Source: Patescibacteria group bacterium (GTDB taxonomy: Bacteria > Patescibacteriota > Patescibacteriia > JAXHNJ01). From it: DNA of 64,000 bases. Location of the stretch: positions 18,741 through 82,740 of the forward strand of contig JBAZMP010000001.1 of the NCBI GenBank assembly GCA_041649715.1, read 5' to 3'. Of this stretch, positions 37,053 to 46,798 are shown in pieces. The first letter of the stretch is position 1, and each line of letters starts with the position of its first letter. The position numbers and the translations under genes are program-made. A model generated the notes under the pieces. It saw only the letters and a list, made by a program, of their open reading frames with translations, did not search any database and had not been told where the DNA came from.

Positions 37053-37433
37053 ATGGCGGAAAAAAAGGTCCCTTTGATCATCAAGGCCAGGATTTTCGTC
37101 ACTCCGGTGATGGGAAACACTCTCCTGATTGTTCATCCGCTCATCATCGAGCACGAGGTCATCAGCCTGGAGATCGAAGGCGAGAAAGACAGCATAGCTA
37201 TTCGGCGGGCGATCCAAAACGGCAAGATAATTCAGTTTCCCGTCTTTTCCATTCCCCAAGGGGAACCGGGCCGCAACGCCCTTTTCATGATTGGTCTGGC
37301 TGTGAGGAATATGGTGCGACTTCTGTCGGATGAGTTTCCTGTCGGCAAGACGGAGATCCATTTCTCCTTTTCCAAGCCTTTCCGCGTGGAAGGAGTTAAC
37401 AAGGTCAATCAGCTGGTTATCGAACGCCTCTGA
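37053..37433 (+). CDS. hypothetical protein (126 aa)
   Basis: RBS AAAGGAG 8 nt upstream. Has its own promoter and terminator. The antisense ORF 37011..37361 is judged a shadow. GC-rich. Confidence 0.5.
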   Translation: MAEKKVPLIIKARIFVTPVMGNTLLIVHPLIIEHEVISLEIEGEKDSIAIRRAIQNGKIIQFPVFSIPQGEPGRNALFMIGLAVRNMVRLLSDEFPVGKTEIHFSFSKPFRVEGVNKVNQLVIERL

Positions 37434-37450
37434 AGAGGCAAGGATGCAGT

Positions 37451-37490
37451 GGGCGAAACTCTCTCGCGAGAGTTTCGCCCTTTTTCTTTA
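37451..37490 (+). terminator. intrinsic terminator gggcgaaactctctcgcgagagtttcgccc-T5
   Basis: Perfect 12-bp stem followed by a T-run. Confidence 0.6.
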
Positions 37491-37589
37491 TAATTTGAAT
37501 ATTAGGTCTTGACAAAAAACATAAAATAGTGTATATTGCCAGGTTGTTTGCAAAAACAACATTAGTCGTGGTTTGTAAAACGGGATGTT

Positions 37590-38381
37590 TTGCAAACTAA
37601 AGTTCCTTTCATTGAAGCTTGGCGGGATGCTAAGCTTCAAAACCGTGGCGGGATGCCACAGGAGGTTCGAGCCATGTCCCTCACTAAATCCAAGATTGAG
37701 GCTTTCTTTAAAGAATTCCCATTTCTGAAGAAATGTCTGGATCCTTATCTAGAGCGGCTTGCCAAGTTCTCGGATGATCCGCTTTCATGGATAGGATCCA
37801 TCCAGGTAAGTCGGCTTGATCTGGAAGCATTGGAAGAAGTTCCTCATGTGCGAAAGGGAAGCCGTTACGATAACGATGTCAGGCTGGTAATTGTTGATAA
37901 GTCTGGCAGAGAAATCTGTGAAGTGTCTCGTACGCACTGGGAAAAACATCCGCAGAGGAGTTTGTTCAGGCCCTCGACTTGGTTCTCGATAGAGATTGAG
38001 GGGCAAAAGTTGAGCGATGCCTTGGCGGCTCTTCCTTCAGGCCAGGATTTCGGGTACGTGGTCTGGATTTCAGATACGATTTTCCTTCACGTAAGGATTT
38101 ATAAGCTCCCCAAGAGTTTCTCTCTGAACGAGTGGGTCGAGGAGCTCAAAGATCGGGCAGTAAAGGAAATTCGGGATGAAGTCTCTTTGTCCGAATGGGA
38201 CGGTGAGAGCATCAAGATTATAAAAGGCCAGGGCGGTTACTTTGTCGCGCTTCCCGACGTTACGACGGGCAGTGCGATAGACGATATTTGGTGGGCTCCT
38301 ACGATCGAAGAGGCATTAGGCAAGTTTGTATGCAATAGGGCCGCTTTTATGGGTCTGAAGATTGAAGTTCGTTTAACCTGA
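37590..38381 (+). CDS. hypothetical protein (likely start 37675, MSLTKSK..., ~235 aa)
   Basis: GGAGG lies 8 nt upstream of the ATG at 37675. Promoter cTTGACAaaaaacataaaatagtgTATATTg at 37510-37540. No recognizable domain. Confidence 0.5.
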   Translation: MQTKVPFIEAWRDAKLQNRGGMPQEVRAMSLTKSKIEAFFKEFPFLKKCLDPYLERLAKFSDDPLSWIGSIQVSRLDLEALEEVPHVRKGSRYDNDVRLVIVDKSGREICEVSRTHWEKHPQRSLFRPSTWFSIEIEGQKLSDALAALPSGQDFGYVVWISDTIFLHVRIYKLPKSFSLNEWVEELKDRAVKEIRDEVSLSEWDGESIKIIKGQGGYFVALPDVTTGSAIDDIWWAPTIEEALGKFVCNRAAFMGLKIEVRLT

Positions 38382-38385
38382 CTAA

Positions 38386-38418
38386 GCGGGGCCACGATGA
38401 AAATCGTGGCCCTTTTTC
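38386..38418 (+). terminator. intrinsic terminator ggggccacgatgaaaatcgtggccc-T5
   Basis: Perfect stem followed by a T-run. Confidence 0.6.
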
Positions 38419-38640
38419 TTTATCAAAGAATCACCATAATTGGCGAATCAATTTTAACGTCCTATCCTTACCGCCTGGTAAAAAATAGAGCTGGACAGTA
38501 GGTTAAGTCAGAACTTATTTTATGGATGATTCTAGCGATTTTTATGTATCAAATCGGCTTGACAAAACTCCACTTTCATTATAAGGTGTGGAGTCCTTCG
38601 CTAGTTAACTTGGTTCACTTCAAAATAAGGGGGTTGAGTT

Positions 38641-38994
38641 ATGGATTCGCGGAAAATCCAAGTTTATATGGCTAGAGTGTACCCGAAATCAGTTCACACG
38701 GAGAATTATAGAATTCTCTCAATTCCTGGACGGGATGACGTATATTTCGTCTTCCGCAAAGGTTGGGGCAATCGGTTATTCCTTGTTTGGGAATGCAACG
38801 GAAAGATTCATTGCAAGTTGCTCGGCGGCAATTCCAGCTGCCAAGTTATTCCGGAAGAAAAGACGCTGGCCATGAAGGATAATGTGGTTCAGCTCTACTG
38901 TGGCGTAATGAACTTCATTGGCGCGTCGCCTGGAGTGTTACTGAGATACAGACTTGGTAAAGTCGGCTACGCAAATCCGAAAGCCGTGTCATAA
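38641..38994 (+). CDS. hypothetical protein (117 aa)
   Basis: RBS AAGGGGG upstream. Promoter gcTTGACAaaactccactttcatTATAAGg at 38560-38590. Cys-containing, no recognizable domain. Confidence 0.5.
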   Translation: MDSRKIQVYMARVYPKSVHTENYRILSIPGRDDVYFVFRKGWGNRLFLVWECNGKIHCKLLGGNSSCQVIPEEKTLAMKDNVVQLYCGVMNFIGASPGVLLRYRLGKVGYANPKAVS

Positions 38995-39023
38995 TCTAGG
39001 AGGTCCCAGTTTAGTCGAGTAGT

Positions 39024-39056
39024 GGGGTTGCGATCAAAGTCGCAACCCCCTTTTTC
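39024..39056 (+). terminator. intrinsic terminator ggggttgcgatcaaagtcgcaacccc-T5
   Basis: Perfect stem followed by a T-run. Confidence 0.6.
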
Positions 39057-39140
39057 TTTATATTTGAAAGTAGCCTTGACGTTTTAAGGTTCTTGTGTCA
39101 GTCTGATATCAAATTGGAGGAAGAAATTAAAGCACATTAA

Positions 39141-39638
39141 ATGAAAAAACCAAGAGGTGTAATAATGTTAAAAGTGATGACTGTTAGCTGGTTTGTCAGG
39201 CAGGACCAGATCTTGCTGGGCTTGAAGAAGCTCCGTTTAGGGGCCGGGCTTTATAACGGTTTCGGCGGACGAGTGGAGCCAGGCGAGACCATTGAACAAG
39301 CCGCCATTCGGGAGTTTGAGGAAGAAACCAAAGGGATGCAGGTTAAGAGGCAGGAAGAAATCGGCCGCGTGACGGTTCGATTTGAAGAGTCAGATTTGGT
39401 CGTTGAGCTTCATTTCTTTCTGGTGATTGAATGTTGTGGAGAGCCGGCGGAAAACGACGAAATGAAGCCCGAATGGTTTTCTCTCGAGGAGATCCCCTTT
39501 AATAGGATGTGGCCGACTGACCGTATATGTTTACCTTTGGCGATAAAAGGTTTGAAATTTACCGGCCATTTCTTGCTGAACAACCCAGACCAGAGAAAAG
39601 TGATCTCTAAAGAAATCACCGTTGTCGAATTTATTTAA
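39141..39638 (+). CDS. NUDIX hydrolase
   Basis: Nudix box GGRVEPGETIEQAAIREFEEETKG. Probable true start at 39165 (MLKVMT), with an AGAGGTG RBS. Followed by the terminator ccccttaag...cttaagggg-T5 at 39638-39671. Confidence 0.8.
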   Translation: MKKPRGVIMLKVMTVSWFVRQDQILLGLKKLRLGAGLYNGFGGRVEPGETIEQAAIREFEEETKGMQVKRQEEIGRVTVRFEESDLVVELHFFLVIECCGEPAENDEMKPEWFSLEEIPFNRMWPTDRICLPLAIKGLKFTGHFLLNNPDQRKVISKEITVVEFI

Positions 39639-39718
39639 CCCCTTAAGATTAATAGTCATTAAGGGGTTTTTCCTATCTAAAAAACGCCGGATATAATCCG
39701 ACGGTTTTTCAGGCGTGA

Positions 39719-39947
39719 GTGGGCAGTACAAGACTCGAACCTTTCTGACCTTTACGATGTCAATTCTTCGATGCGACTCAGAACAGGCTTCACGCTCTAA
39801 ATTTCTCTGATTGGTGGGCGGCACAAGACTCGAACTTGTGACCTTTACGACCCGCCCGCCTTGACTGCCATCAAGGCAGTCGGGCGGGTGTCAACCCTTC
39901 GGCTTCGCCTCAGGGCAGGCTCTACGCTCCAAGTTTTTAGTCGTGAG
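39719..39947 (-). repeat. two tandem degenerate tRNA-Val(GAC) partial copies; the second carries the same 38-nt hairpin insertion between positions 37 and 38
   Basis: Both copies share tgggc(a/g)g(t/c)acaagactcgaac...gacctttacga with the intact downstream tRNA-Val. The first copy carries a different 28-nt insertion where the 5' anticodon stem should be and lacks a 5' acceptor. The second copy has the cccgcccgccttgactgccatcaaggcagtcgggcggg insert at 39850-39887 and also lacks a 5' acceptor. Confidence 0.45.
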
Positions 39948-40021
39948 TGGGCGGCACAAGACTCGAACTTGTGACCTTTACGATGTCAACGTAACGCTCT
40001 AACCAACTGAGCTAGCCGCCC
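39948..40021 (-). tRNA. tRNA-Val (anticodon GAC)
   Basis: gggcggc/tagctcagttggttagagc/ttacg-ttgacat-cgtaa/acaagttcgagtcttgt/gccgccca. Confidence 0.85.
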
Positions 40022-40051
40022 ACTCGCAACTAAATATATTGTAAATTTTTA

Positions 40052-40127
40052 TGGTGCGCCTGGGGGGATTCGAACCACCGACCTTCCGCTTATAAGGCGG
40101 ATGCTCTAACCATTGAGCTACAGGCGC
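40052..40127 (-). tRNA. tRNA with anticodon TAT (tRNA-Ile(UAU)-like), CCA encoded
   Basis: gcgcctg/tagctcaatggttagagc/tccgc-cttataa-gcgga/T-arm ggtgg-ttcgaat-ccccc (one U:C mismatch)/caggcgc-a-cca. Confidence 0.7.
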
Positions 40128-40193
40128 AGGCAAAAAAACAAGCTTTTTGTAAAATAAGCTTAGCAAAATTTTTTTATTTCTTCAAGTCTTGCT

Positions 40194-41141
40194 TTATTCT
40201 TCGGTACTTTCAACCCCGGGTTTTCTCCGGAAAAGCCGGATGATTTTGGCGATACCGCGCCCTTCGTTAAGGTCAACAAAGATATTGGTCCAGGCGCTGA
40301 ACTGAAAAGTGGCGATGACGGCGCTTACGAGAATGGTTATTACCGTGAAAATAGTGTAGCCGGCCGAAGTAAAGGGTAGATTGGCGAAACTTAAAACCGC
40401 TATGATAATGTAAAGCACAACAAAGCTCAACAGAAAAAGAATAATGGCGTTCTCAAAAGTAACCAGCCAATTTTTCCGGAAGAGAGAAAAGCTGCTTTTA
40501 ACCGCTTGTTTTACCCTTTGCCCCTTAAGAACGATGTAGGCGGAGGCATAGCGGAGGAGAAAAGAGACAAAAATATTAAAGGGGATATAAATCAAAAAAG
40601 CGAGCAGGCTGGCCAGCCCGAGCCACAAAAAATTGCCGGTTGTAATATAGACAAGAATTAGAGGAAGGCAGAACAACACCAGGAAACCATAGATGAAGAT
40701 CTTCGCCCAAAGGTTTAAAACAAAGATCGGCCAGAAAAACTTCGTGCCGAGAATAAAACCTTCGATAAAGGTAAATTTTTCCCCGCGGCGGAAACGGAAA
40801 GAGGCGCTGATCAGGGCGGTTTGGGAAACGGTAATGAGGTAGATAAAAATCGTCAAGATAACCAAACTGACCAGAAAGATCAGCAATGAGGAAGAAATAT
40901 AGGTGGTAAACATGGCGGACAGATTATGCCAGATCGTTGACCAAAAATCTTGCGGCATAGTTACTTTTAGATTTTGTAGGCCGTTTTCGAGGTCGGTGAT
41001 TTTGGCGAAATTATTAGTGATGATATCATATTCTCCGCCGCTGGAGGTCAGGGCGACAAAAACACCGAAAAACCACAGATATTTCAGGCGCCAGGTCGTC
41101 CGCCAGGCTGTTTTGAAGATAGTCCGATAAAAACCGTTCAT
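40194..41141 (-). CDS. polytopic membrane protein, hypothetical (~7 TM)
   Basis: 315 aa, hydrophobic throughout. Basic C-terminal tail. Confidence 0.5.
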   Translation of the reverse strand: MNGFYRTIFKTAWRTTWRLKYLWFFGVFVALTSSGGEYDIITNNFAKITDLENGLQNLKVTMPQDFWSTIWHNLSAMFTTYISSSLLIFLVSLVILTIFIYLITVSQTALISASFRFRRGEKFTFIEGFILGTKFFWPIFVLNLWAKIFIYGFLVLFCLPLILVYITTGNFLWLGLASLLAFLIYIPFNIFVSFLLRYASAYIVLKGQRVKQAVKSSFSLFRKNWLVTFENAIILFLLSFVVLYIIIAVLSFANLPFTSAGYTIFTVITILVSAVIATFQFSAWTNIFVDLNEGRGIAKIIRLFRRKPGVESTEE

Positions 41142-41244
41142 TATTTTTATACCCCCCGAAATTTTAGTAGAGATAATTTATCTTAATATTATTAAATTAT
41201 AACAAGTCAAAGAAGTAAAGTAAAGAATTTGTGGCCGCCAAATC

Positions 41245-43059
41245 TTATTTCAAGATCGCCTCAAATTCTTCTCTTTCCAGGGTTTCTTTTTCCAGCAATA
41301 CTTTGACTATTTTTTCCAGGGCTGATTTTTTCCCCTGGATGATATCAGTCGCCCGTTTATAGGCGGCGCTGATAAATTTGCTGATCTCCAGGTCAATTTT
41401 TTCCGCCACTTTTTCCGAATAGTCCCTTTGTTCGTGGATTTCCCGGCCCAGGAAAATGAGCTCATCTTTTTCGCCGAAGGTGCGGGGGCCTAAAGCGTCG
41501 CTCATGCCGTATTGGGTGATGATCTGCCGGGCCAAGCGGGTGGCTTCTTTCAGGTCGTTGCTGGCGCCGGTCGTGACATCGTTGAAAATCTCTTTTTCGC
41601 AGGCAAAGCCGGCCAGAAGAACGGCCAAATTTTCCACGAATTCCGTTTTGGTGTAGAGATGTTTGTCTTCGGTCGGCATTTTCAGGGTATAGCCGGCGGC
41701 GCGCCCGCGTGAAATAATGGAAACTTTTTGCACGGGGTCGGAATGGGGCAGGGAGTGGTTTACCAGGGCGTGCCCCGCTTCGTGATAAGCGGTGATTTTC
41801 TTTTCATTGTCGCTGATAATGCGGCTTTTTCTTTCCGGCCCGAGCATTAATTTTTCGATCGAATCAAGGCAGTCGCTCTGGCCGATCTTCTTTTTGTTGT
41901 TCCGAGCCGCTAAAATCGCCGCTTCATTAAGGAGGTTGGCCAGGTCGGCGCCGGAGAAACCCGGGGTGCGTTCCGCCACCTTTCTCAAATTCACCGTTTC
42001 ATCAAAAGGCTTCAGCCGGGCATGGACTTTCAGGATCTCTTCTCTTTCGGCAATATCAGGGAGGTCCAGAATGACCCGCCGGTCAAAACGCCCCGGCCGC
42101 AATAAAGCGGGGTCTAGGATATCCGGCCGGTTGGTGGCGGCAATGATTATGACATTGGTATCGGTTTCAAAGCCGTCCATCTCCACCAATATTTGATTCA
42201 AGGTCTGTTCTCTTTCGTCGTGGGAACCGCCCAAGCCGGCCCCCCTTTGGCGGCCGACCGCGTCTATTTCATCGATGAAAAGGATGCAAGGGGCGTTTTT
42301 TTTCGCTTTACGGAAGAGATCGCGGACCCGGGAAGCGCCTACACCGACGAACATTTCCACGAATTCCGAACCGGAAATATTGAAAAATGGGACATTGGCT
42401 TCGCCCGCCACGGCTTTGGCAAGCAAGGTTTTGCCGGTGCCCGGCGCGCCAACCACTAAAACACCTTTGGGGATGCGGGCGCCGATGCTGATGAATTTTC
42501 GAGGATTTTTCAAAAAATCAATTATTTCTTCCAACTCCATTTTGGCTTCTTTGACCCCGGCCACGTCGCGGAAAGTCACTTTTTCCCGCTTGTCTTTCGG
42601 TCTTTGTTCCCGGGCGCCGCTTTGGCCGAAAGAAAGGGCCTTATTATTGGAGCCTTGGATCTGACGCATCGTGTACCAAATAAAACCGACGATCAGCAAA
42701 AAGGGAAGAAGGAAGGGCAGCAAACTGACCAGCCAGTAAGAAAGACCGCTATTGTCTTTTACCGTTACTTTTACTTTAGCGAGTTTTTCCGGTGTCACGC
42801 CGTAATTTTTCGCCAGCGTGCTCAGCGATTCCACGCCTTCTTTGCGGGTGGTTTCTTTAGTGTCGTTAATCAGGGTGATTTCCAGCTTTTCGCCGTTGAT
42901 CACGATGCTTTTCACCTCTTCTTTGTTTATCTGGTCAATCAGCCGGCTGATATCCACCTCCTCGGCTTTATTAAGGTCGGAGTTGAAAAGGCTTAAGATC
43001 GCGGCCAGGGCGACAAAAATGAAGAAAAAAATGATAAAGTTCTTAAATAAATTTTTCAT
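41245..43059 (-). CDS. ftsH: ATP-dependent zinc metalloprotease FtsH
   Basis: 604 aa. N-terminal TM pair. Walker [12 protein letters not shown] region. HEAGHAL zinc motif. Confidence 0.92.
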   Translation of the reverse strand: MKNLFKNFIIFFFIFVALAAILSLFNSDLNKAEEVDISRLIDQINKEEVKSIVINGEKLEITLINDTKETTRKEGVESLSTLAKNYGVTPEKLAKVKVTVKDNSGLSYWLVSLLPFLLPFLLIVGFIWYTMRQIQGSNNKALSFGQSGAREQRPKDKREKVTFRDVAGVKEAKMELEEIIDFLKNPRKFISIGARIPKGVLVVGAPGTGKTLLAKAVAGEANVPFFNISGSEFVEMFVGVGASRVRDLFRKAKKNAPCILFIDEIDAVGRQRGAGLGGSHDEREQTLNQILVEMDGFETDTNVIIIAATNRPDILDPALLRPGRFDRRVILDLPDIAEREEILKVHARLKPFDETVNLRKVAERTPGFSGADLANLLNEAAILAARNNKKKIGQSDCLDSIEKLMLGPERKSRIISDNEKKITAYHEAGHALVNHSLPHSDPVQKVSIISRGRAAGYTLKMPTEDKHLYTKTEFVENLAVLLAGFACEKEIFNDVTTGASNDLKEATRLARQIITQYGMSDALGPRTFGEKDELIFLGREIHEQRDYSEKVAEKIDLEISKFISAAYKRATDIIQGKKSALEKIVKVLLEKETLEREEFEAILK

Positions 43060-43086
43060 AGTTGATGATATTTTGTGTTTAAGTGG

Positions 43087-44436
43087 TCAAATTTTTTCTT
43101 TTTTTGGCTTGGTCGTTTTTTTCTCCTCTTTTTCCGGATGATCGGCTTTTTTCGTTTTTTCACTTTTCTTTACTTTTTCTTTTTCAATATCTTTTTTTTC
43201 ATCTTTGCTTTTTTGCGCCGGTTTTTCCGCCGTCGGCAGGCTTTCCGGCTCCGATTTGCTTTTCGCGTCTTTGGCAACTTTTTCTTCTTCCGGCACCGGC
43301 TCTTTTTTAATATCTTTACTTTCCGAAATTTTAGCTTCTTTCGTAGTCGCTTTTAGAGAAAGACCCAATCGGTGGTTTTCCGGCTCTATGGAAAGAATTT
43401 TAAAGGAATATTTTTCCCCCTCCTTGATTATTTCCGAAGGATGGGCGATTTTTTTCTCCGAGAGCTCGGAAATGTGAACGAGTCCGTGGATAGCCTGGTC
43501 TAACTCGACAAAAGCGCCGAAAGGATTTATTTTTAATACTTTGCCGGAAGTCACCTGCCCGACCCGATATTTGTTAATGACATCTTTCCAGGGGTCATTT
43601 TGCAGTTGTTTAGTTGAAAGAGAAACTTTGGTGCCGTCGATACTGATGATCTTTGCCTTGATTTGATCGCCGACTTTTATTATTTCCCGCGGGTTGTCTA
43701 TCCTTTGCCAGGCGAGCTCCGAAATATGGACCAAACCCTCCAATCCCTCGCCGAATTCGATGAAAGCGCCGAAATCAACCACGCCCGTCACGCGGCCTGA
43801 AACGATATCGCCGGTTTTGTAGTTCGCCACCGCCGCTTTTTGCTGGTTTTCCCAGGCGGCTTTTTCCGAGACGATCAATTTATTGTCCGATTCGTCCAGG
43901 TCGATGATTTTGGCTTTCAATTTCTGGCCGATCAGTTTTTTGAGCATTTCCAAAATCTTGTTTTTGTCCCCGCCCTCCACTCGCGGGTAATGTTCCGGGA
44001 TCAGCTGGGAGACGGGGATAAAGCCGTCAACTTTCCCGACCTTGACCATCAGTCCGCCCCGGTTGGCCTCGGTCACCGGCACTTCAATTATATCGTTGCT
44101 GGCCAGCATTCTTTGCAGTTCGTTCCAGGCTTTTTGGTGGCCGGCGGAACGGAAAGAAAGCTCCAGTTCTCCATTTTCGTTTTCTATTTCCAAAACAGTG
44201 GCTTGGACTTCGTCGCCGATTTTTATAGTGGAAAATTCTCCGGATTCGTCGATCAATTCCCGGCCGCGGACAATACCCGTGACTATCCCGCCGATATCTA
44301 GGTGAACGGTGGAATTGGAGACAGAAATGACTTTTCCCTTGATCAAATCACCCACTTTTGGCAAAAGGGGTTGGTTTTTATCTTGCAGGAGTTTTTCCAT
44401 GGTGGAAAAATCCTGGTCCGTAATCTGTTGGTTCAT
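43087..44436 (-). CDS. rpsA: 30S ribosomal protein S1 (4 S1 domains) with long Lys/Glu-rich C-terminal tail
   Basis: 449 aa. Repeated S1 OB folds (GxxVxGxVxxIxxFGAFVEL). C-terminal KEKVKKSEKTKKADHPEKEEKKTTKPKKEKI tail. Confidence 0.8.
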   Translation of the reverse strand: MNQQITDQDFSTMEKLLQDKNQPLLPKVGDLIKGKVISVSNSTVHLDIGGIVTGIVRGRELIDESGEFSTIKIGDEVQATVLEIENENGELELSFRSAGHQKAWNELQRMLASNDIIEVPVTEANRGGLMVKVGKVDGFIPVSQLIPEHYPRVEGGDKNKILEMLKKLIGQKLKAKIIDLDESDNKLIVSEKAAWENQQKAAVANYKTGDIVSGRVTGVVDFGAFIEFGEGLEGLVHISELAWQRIDNPREIIKVGDQIKAKIISIDGTKVSLSTKQLQNDPWKDVINKYRVGQVTSGKVLKINPFGAFVELDQAIHGLVHISELSEKKIAHPSEIIKEGEKYSFKILSIEPENHRLGLSLKATTKEAKISESKDIKKEPVPEEEKVAKDAKSKSEPESLPTAEKPAQKSKDEKKDIEKEKVKKSEKTKKADHPEKEEKKTTKPKKEKI

Positions 44437-44644
44437 ATTTAGTTTTATAGCCTACTTATGGTAAGTAAGCCCCCGGCTGACTGTTCTTGGTTAAAAACCG
44501 AGGTATTTAATTAATTAAGAACAGTACTGGTATTATAGGGCGGACCGGCATTTTTGGCAAGAAGGGGCGATTAGTCGGCATTTGACAGGAGTGTTATAAT
44601 AAGGGCAGAAAGCCGACGAATACATCTAATAATATTCATATTAT

Positions 44645-45619
44645 ATGGTGGCCACCCCTTATATAAAAAGGTTCACGTCAAAAAATCTAAAAGCCGCTAT
44701 CGGGAACATAGTGACGCCTAGTGGCGGGGGCGAATTAACAAAATATAAATTTGATAAGTTAATAAAAAATATCAAAAAGTCTGATCCCGCTGCCCTTGAA
44801 AAACATCAGGCAACGCTTAACAGCATCGCTAAAGGTCATACAAAATCATTTACCAGGGCCTACTCAAAGCAGTTTATGGAGGATTTTGCGAAGGCGGTTA
44901 GAAAGGCACCATCCGGTTATGTTCTGACAGAATCCGGTAAAAATTATCTGGGCAGGGGTATAGATAAATCTTTTAAGGCAGTGGCTGACAAGCCGGCGAT
45001 TGAAGAAAAAATGGGGATGGGCCCAACTCGCGAGGAACTAGCCGTCCAGAAAGCCCATGAGGCAAAAATAGAAAAATTGAGGGGACTAAAGGAAGCGGCG
45101 AGGCATAGGCTTAATGTATACTATCAAGCAGAAGCGATTAGAAAAGAACAAGGCGATCCGCTTGGGAATAGAACGAGTGAATCTTTGGTAGGGCCAGGAG
45201 CAACAGGGGAGAAACCCATGACGAGTATTTCGGAGATAGACAAAGATAAATCATCGGTCGGCCAATCTTCTTCAAAAAATCAGAATGGCAGTTCTCCGAA
45301 AAATTCCTCGGCTCACTTGGCCTCCGGCTCGTTCGGCGGCGCCGGCAGTTCTGTTCCGGCCGCACCGCTGGAGGGCGGTAATGCTTTTTACGGAGTGAGC
45401 GCGGGAGATCCGGGATCAGGTACCGGGGAAAAAACCAGCGACGGTCATATAAAAGACGAAAATCAGACTCCACCCGATGATAGCAAGCCCGCGGCCAGTG
45501 GCGATAAAGACCTGGCTGAAAAAGCGGACGAAGATAAATCAAAAGAAGCAGATAAAACCTCGCCAGAGCCGGAAAAATCTGAATCAAAGGAACCCCCTAC
45601 TTCCGGCCTGTTTGAATGA
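44645..45619 (+). CDS. hypothetical protein with disordered Ser/Gly/Pro/Glu/Lys-rich C-terminal half
   Basis: 324 aa. No recognizable domain. Confidence 0.4.
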   Translation: MVATPYIKRFTSKNLKAAIGNIVTPSGGGELTKYKFDKLIKNIKKSDPAALEKHQATLNSIAKGHTKSFTRAYSKQFMEDFAKAVRKAPSGYVLTESGKNYLGRGIDKSFKAVADKPAIEEKMGMGPTREELAVQKAHEAKIEKLRGLKEAARHRLNVYYQAEAIRKEQGDPLGNRTSESLVGPGATGEKPMTSISEIDKDKSSVGQSSSKNQNGSSPKNSSAHLASGSFGGAGSSVPAAPLEGGNAFYGVSAGDPGSGTGEKTSDGHIKDENQTPPDDSKPAASGDKDLAEKADEDKSKEADKTSPEPEKSESKEPPTSGLFE

Positions 45620-45733
45620 ATAATTACAGAGATAAATTTGGCTAATGTAAGCCATTTTTTTATTAACAGAAAAACTTTACAGACCCGTTATTTTTTGTTA
45701 AAATACAAAGGTAAGAAAGCTAACTTTTTTTAT

Positions 45734-46369
45734 ATGCAGATACAATGGTTCGGTCTCTCGTATTATAAAATCCAGACCAAAGACGCAGTAATTCTGGTCA
45801 ATCCTTACGCCTCAAAATTCGGTTTGAAAACGCCGCATTTCAAAGCGGACATTCTTTTAATCAGTCAGGAAAATGAAGAGTATAATTATCGGCCGGCAGG
45901 CCTTTCTAATCCTTTTACGATTGACTCGCCCGGTGAGTTTGAACTAAAGGATGTTTTTGTGTATTCCGTCCCCTTCTATCCCGAGAATAAGAAGGAGTCG
46001 GAAAAAGGCCCGATAAACCAATTTTTGCTTGAAGCGGAGGGGATGACTCTGGCTTTTTTGGCGGGATTAAATTCGGTGCCGACCGAAGAACAGCTGGAAA
46101 GATTTGATGAAGTGGACGTGCTTTTTATACCGGTCGGCGGCAAGGAGGTTCTAGACGCCGCGGCGGCCAGTAAGGTAATTTCGGAAATCGAACCCCGCAT
46201 CGTTGTCCCCATGCATTATAAAACTCCCGGTTTGAAGCTGTCTTTAGCGGATGCAAATTTGTTTTGTCGGGAGATGGGTATTAAGGAATCAGAAAGTCTG
46301 GAAAAATTGAAAATATCGGCAAAAGATCTGCCGCAGGATGAAACCAAGGTTTTTCTTTTGAAACCTTAA
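45734..46369 (+). CDS. MBL-fold metal-dependent hydrolase (UPF0173-like)
   Basis: Start MQIQWFGLSYYKIQT matches the canonical MKITWLGHS start (the ORF track starts earlier, at 45638). The HxHxDH site reads LISQEN, so it may be a catalytically divergent member. Confidence 0.55.
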   Translation: MQIQWFGLSYYKIQTKDAVILVNPYASKFGLKTPHFKADILLISQENEEYNYRPAGLSNPFTIDSPGEFELKDVFVYSVPFYPENKKESEKGPINQFLLEAEGMTLAFLAGLNSVPTEEQLERFDEVDVLFIPVGGKEVLDAAAASKVISEIEPRIVVPMHYKTPGLKLSLADANLFCREMGIKESESLEKLKISAKDLPQDETKVFLLKP

Positions 46370-46375
46370 AATTCT

Positions 46376-46789
46376 ATGCCCGCAAACCGCCAGGAAAAAT
46401 CCGTCCGCGTGAGGATCATAAAAAAACCGTTTTCCAGGAAGGACAAGGCGGCAAAAATTACCGGCGAACCGGCTCGCCGGTTCGAAAAAAAGCCGAGTCT
46501 GCCCGGGCTTGGGGAAACGGAATACCAGAAAAAGCGGCTGATCGTCGGCGTGAGCGTTAGTTTGATCATGCTGATTGTATTTCTGGTCTGGCTCTCGTTT
46601 GTTGGCCGCAATCTTTCAGGGGTCAGGGGGGAAAATGAAGGATTATGGCCCAAGATCACGGGCTACCTGAAAGAAAGTTATTCCGGCCTGAAGAACAGTT
46701 TTGAGGGTTTCCCCACTTCAGTCAATCAAAATTCCAATTCCGGCGAAGATACGGAACTGGAGAAAAGGATTTTTCCGGCGACAAATTAA
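46376..46789 (+). CDS. hypothetical single-pass membrane protein
   Basis: 137 aa. Basic N-terminus. TM segment LIVGVSVSLIMLIVFLVWLSFVG. Lies immediately upstream of gyrA. Confidence 0.4.
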   Translation: MPANRQEKSVRVRIIKKPFSRKDKAAKITGEPARRFEKKPSLPGLGETEYQKKRLIVGVSVSLIMLIVFLVWLSFVGRNLSGVRGENEGLWPKITGYLKESYSGLKNSFEGFPTSVNQNSNSGEDTELEKRIFPATN

Positions 46790-46798
46790 TCATTACCT

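Noticed and set aside
43075-43356. Phe/Leu-rich plus-strand ORFs (43075..43356, 43083..43310) and others inside rpsA
   Set aside because: They are shadows of the Lys/Glu-rich (AAA/GAA-rich) C-terminal tail of S1 read on the opposite strand.
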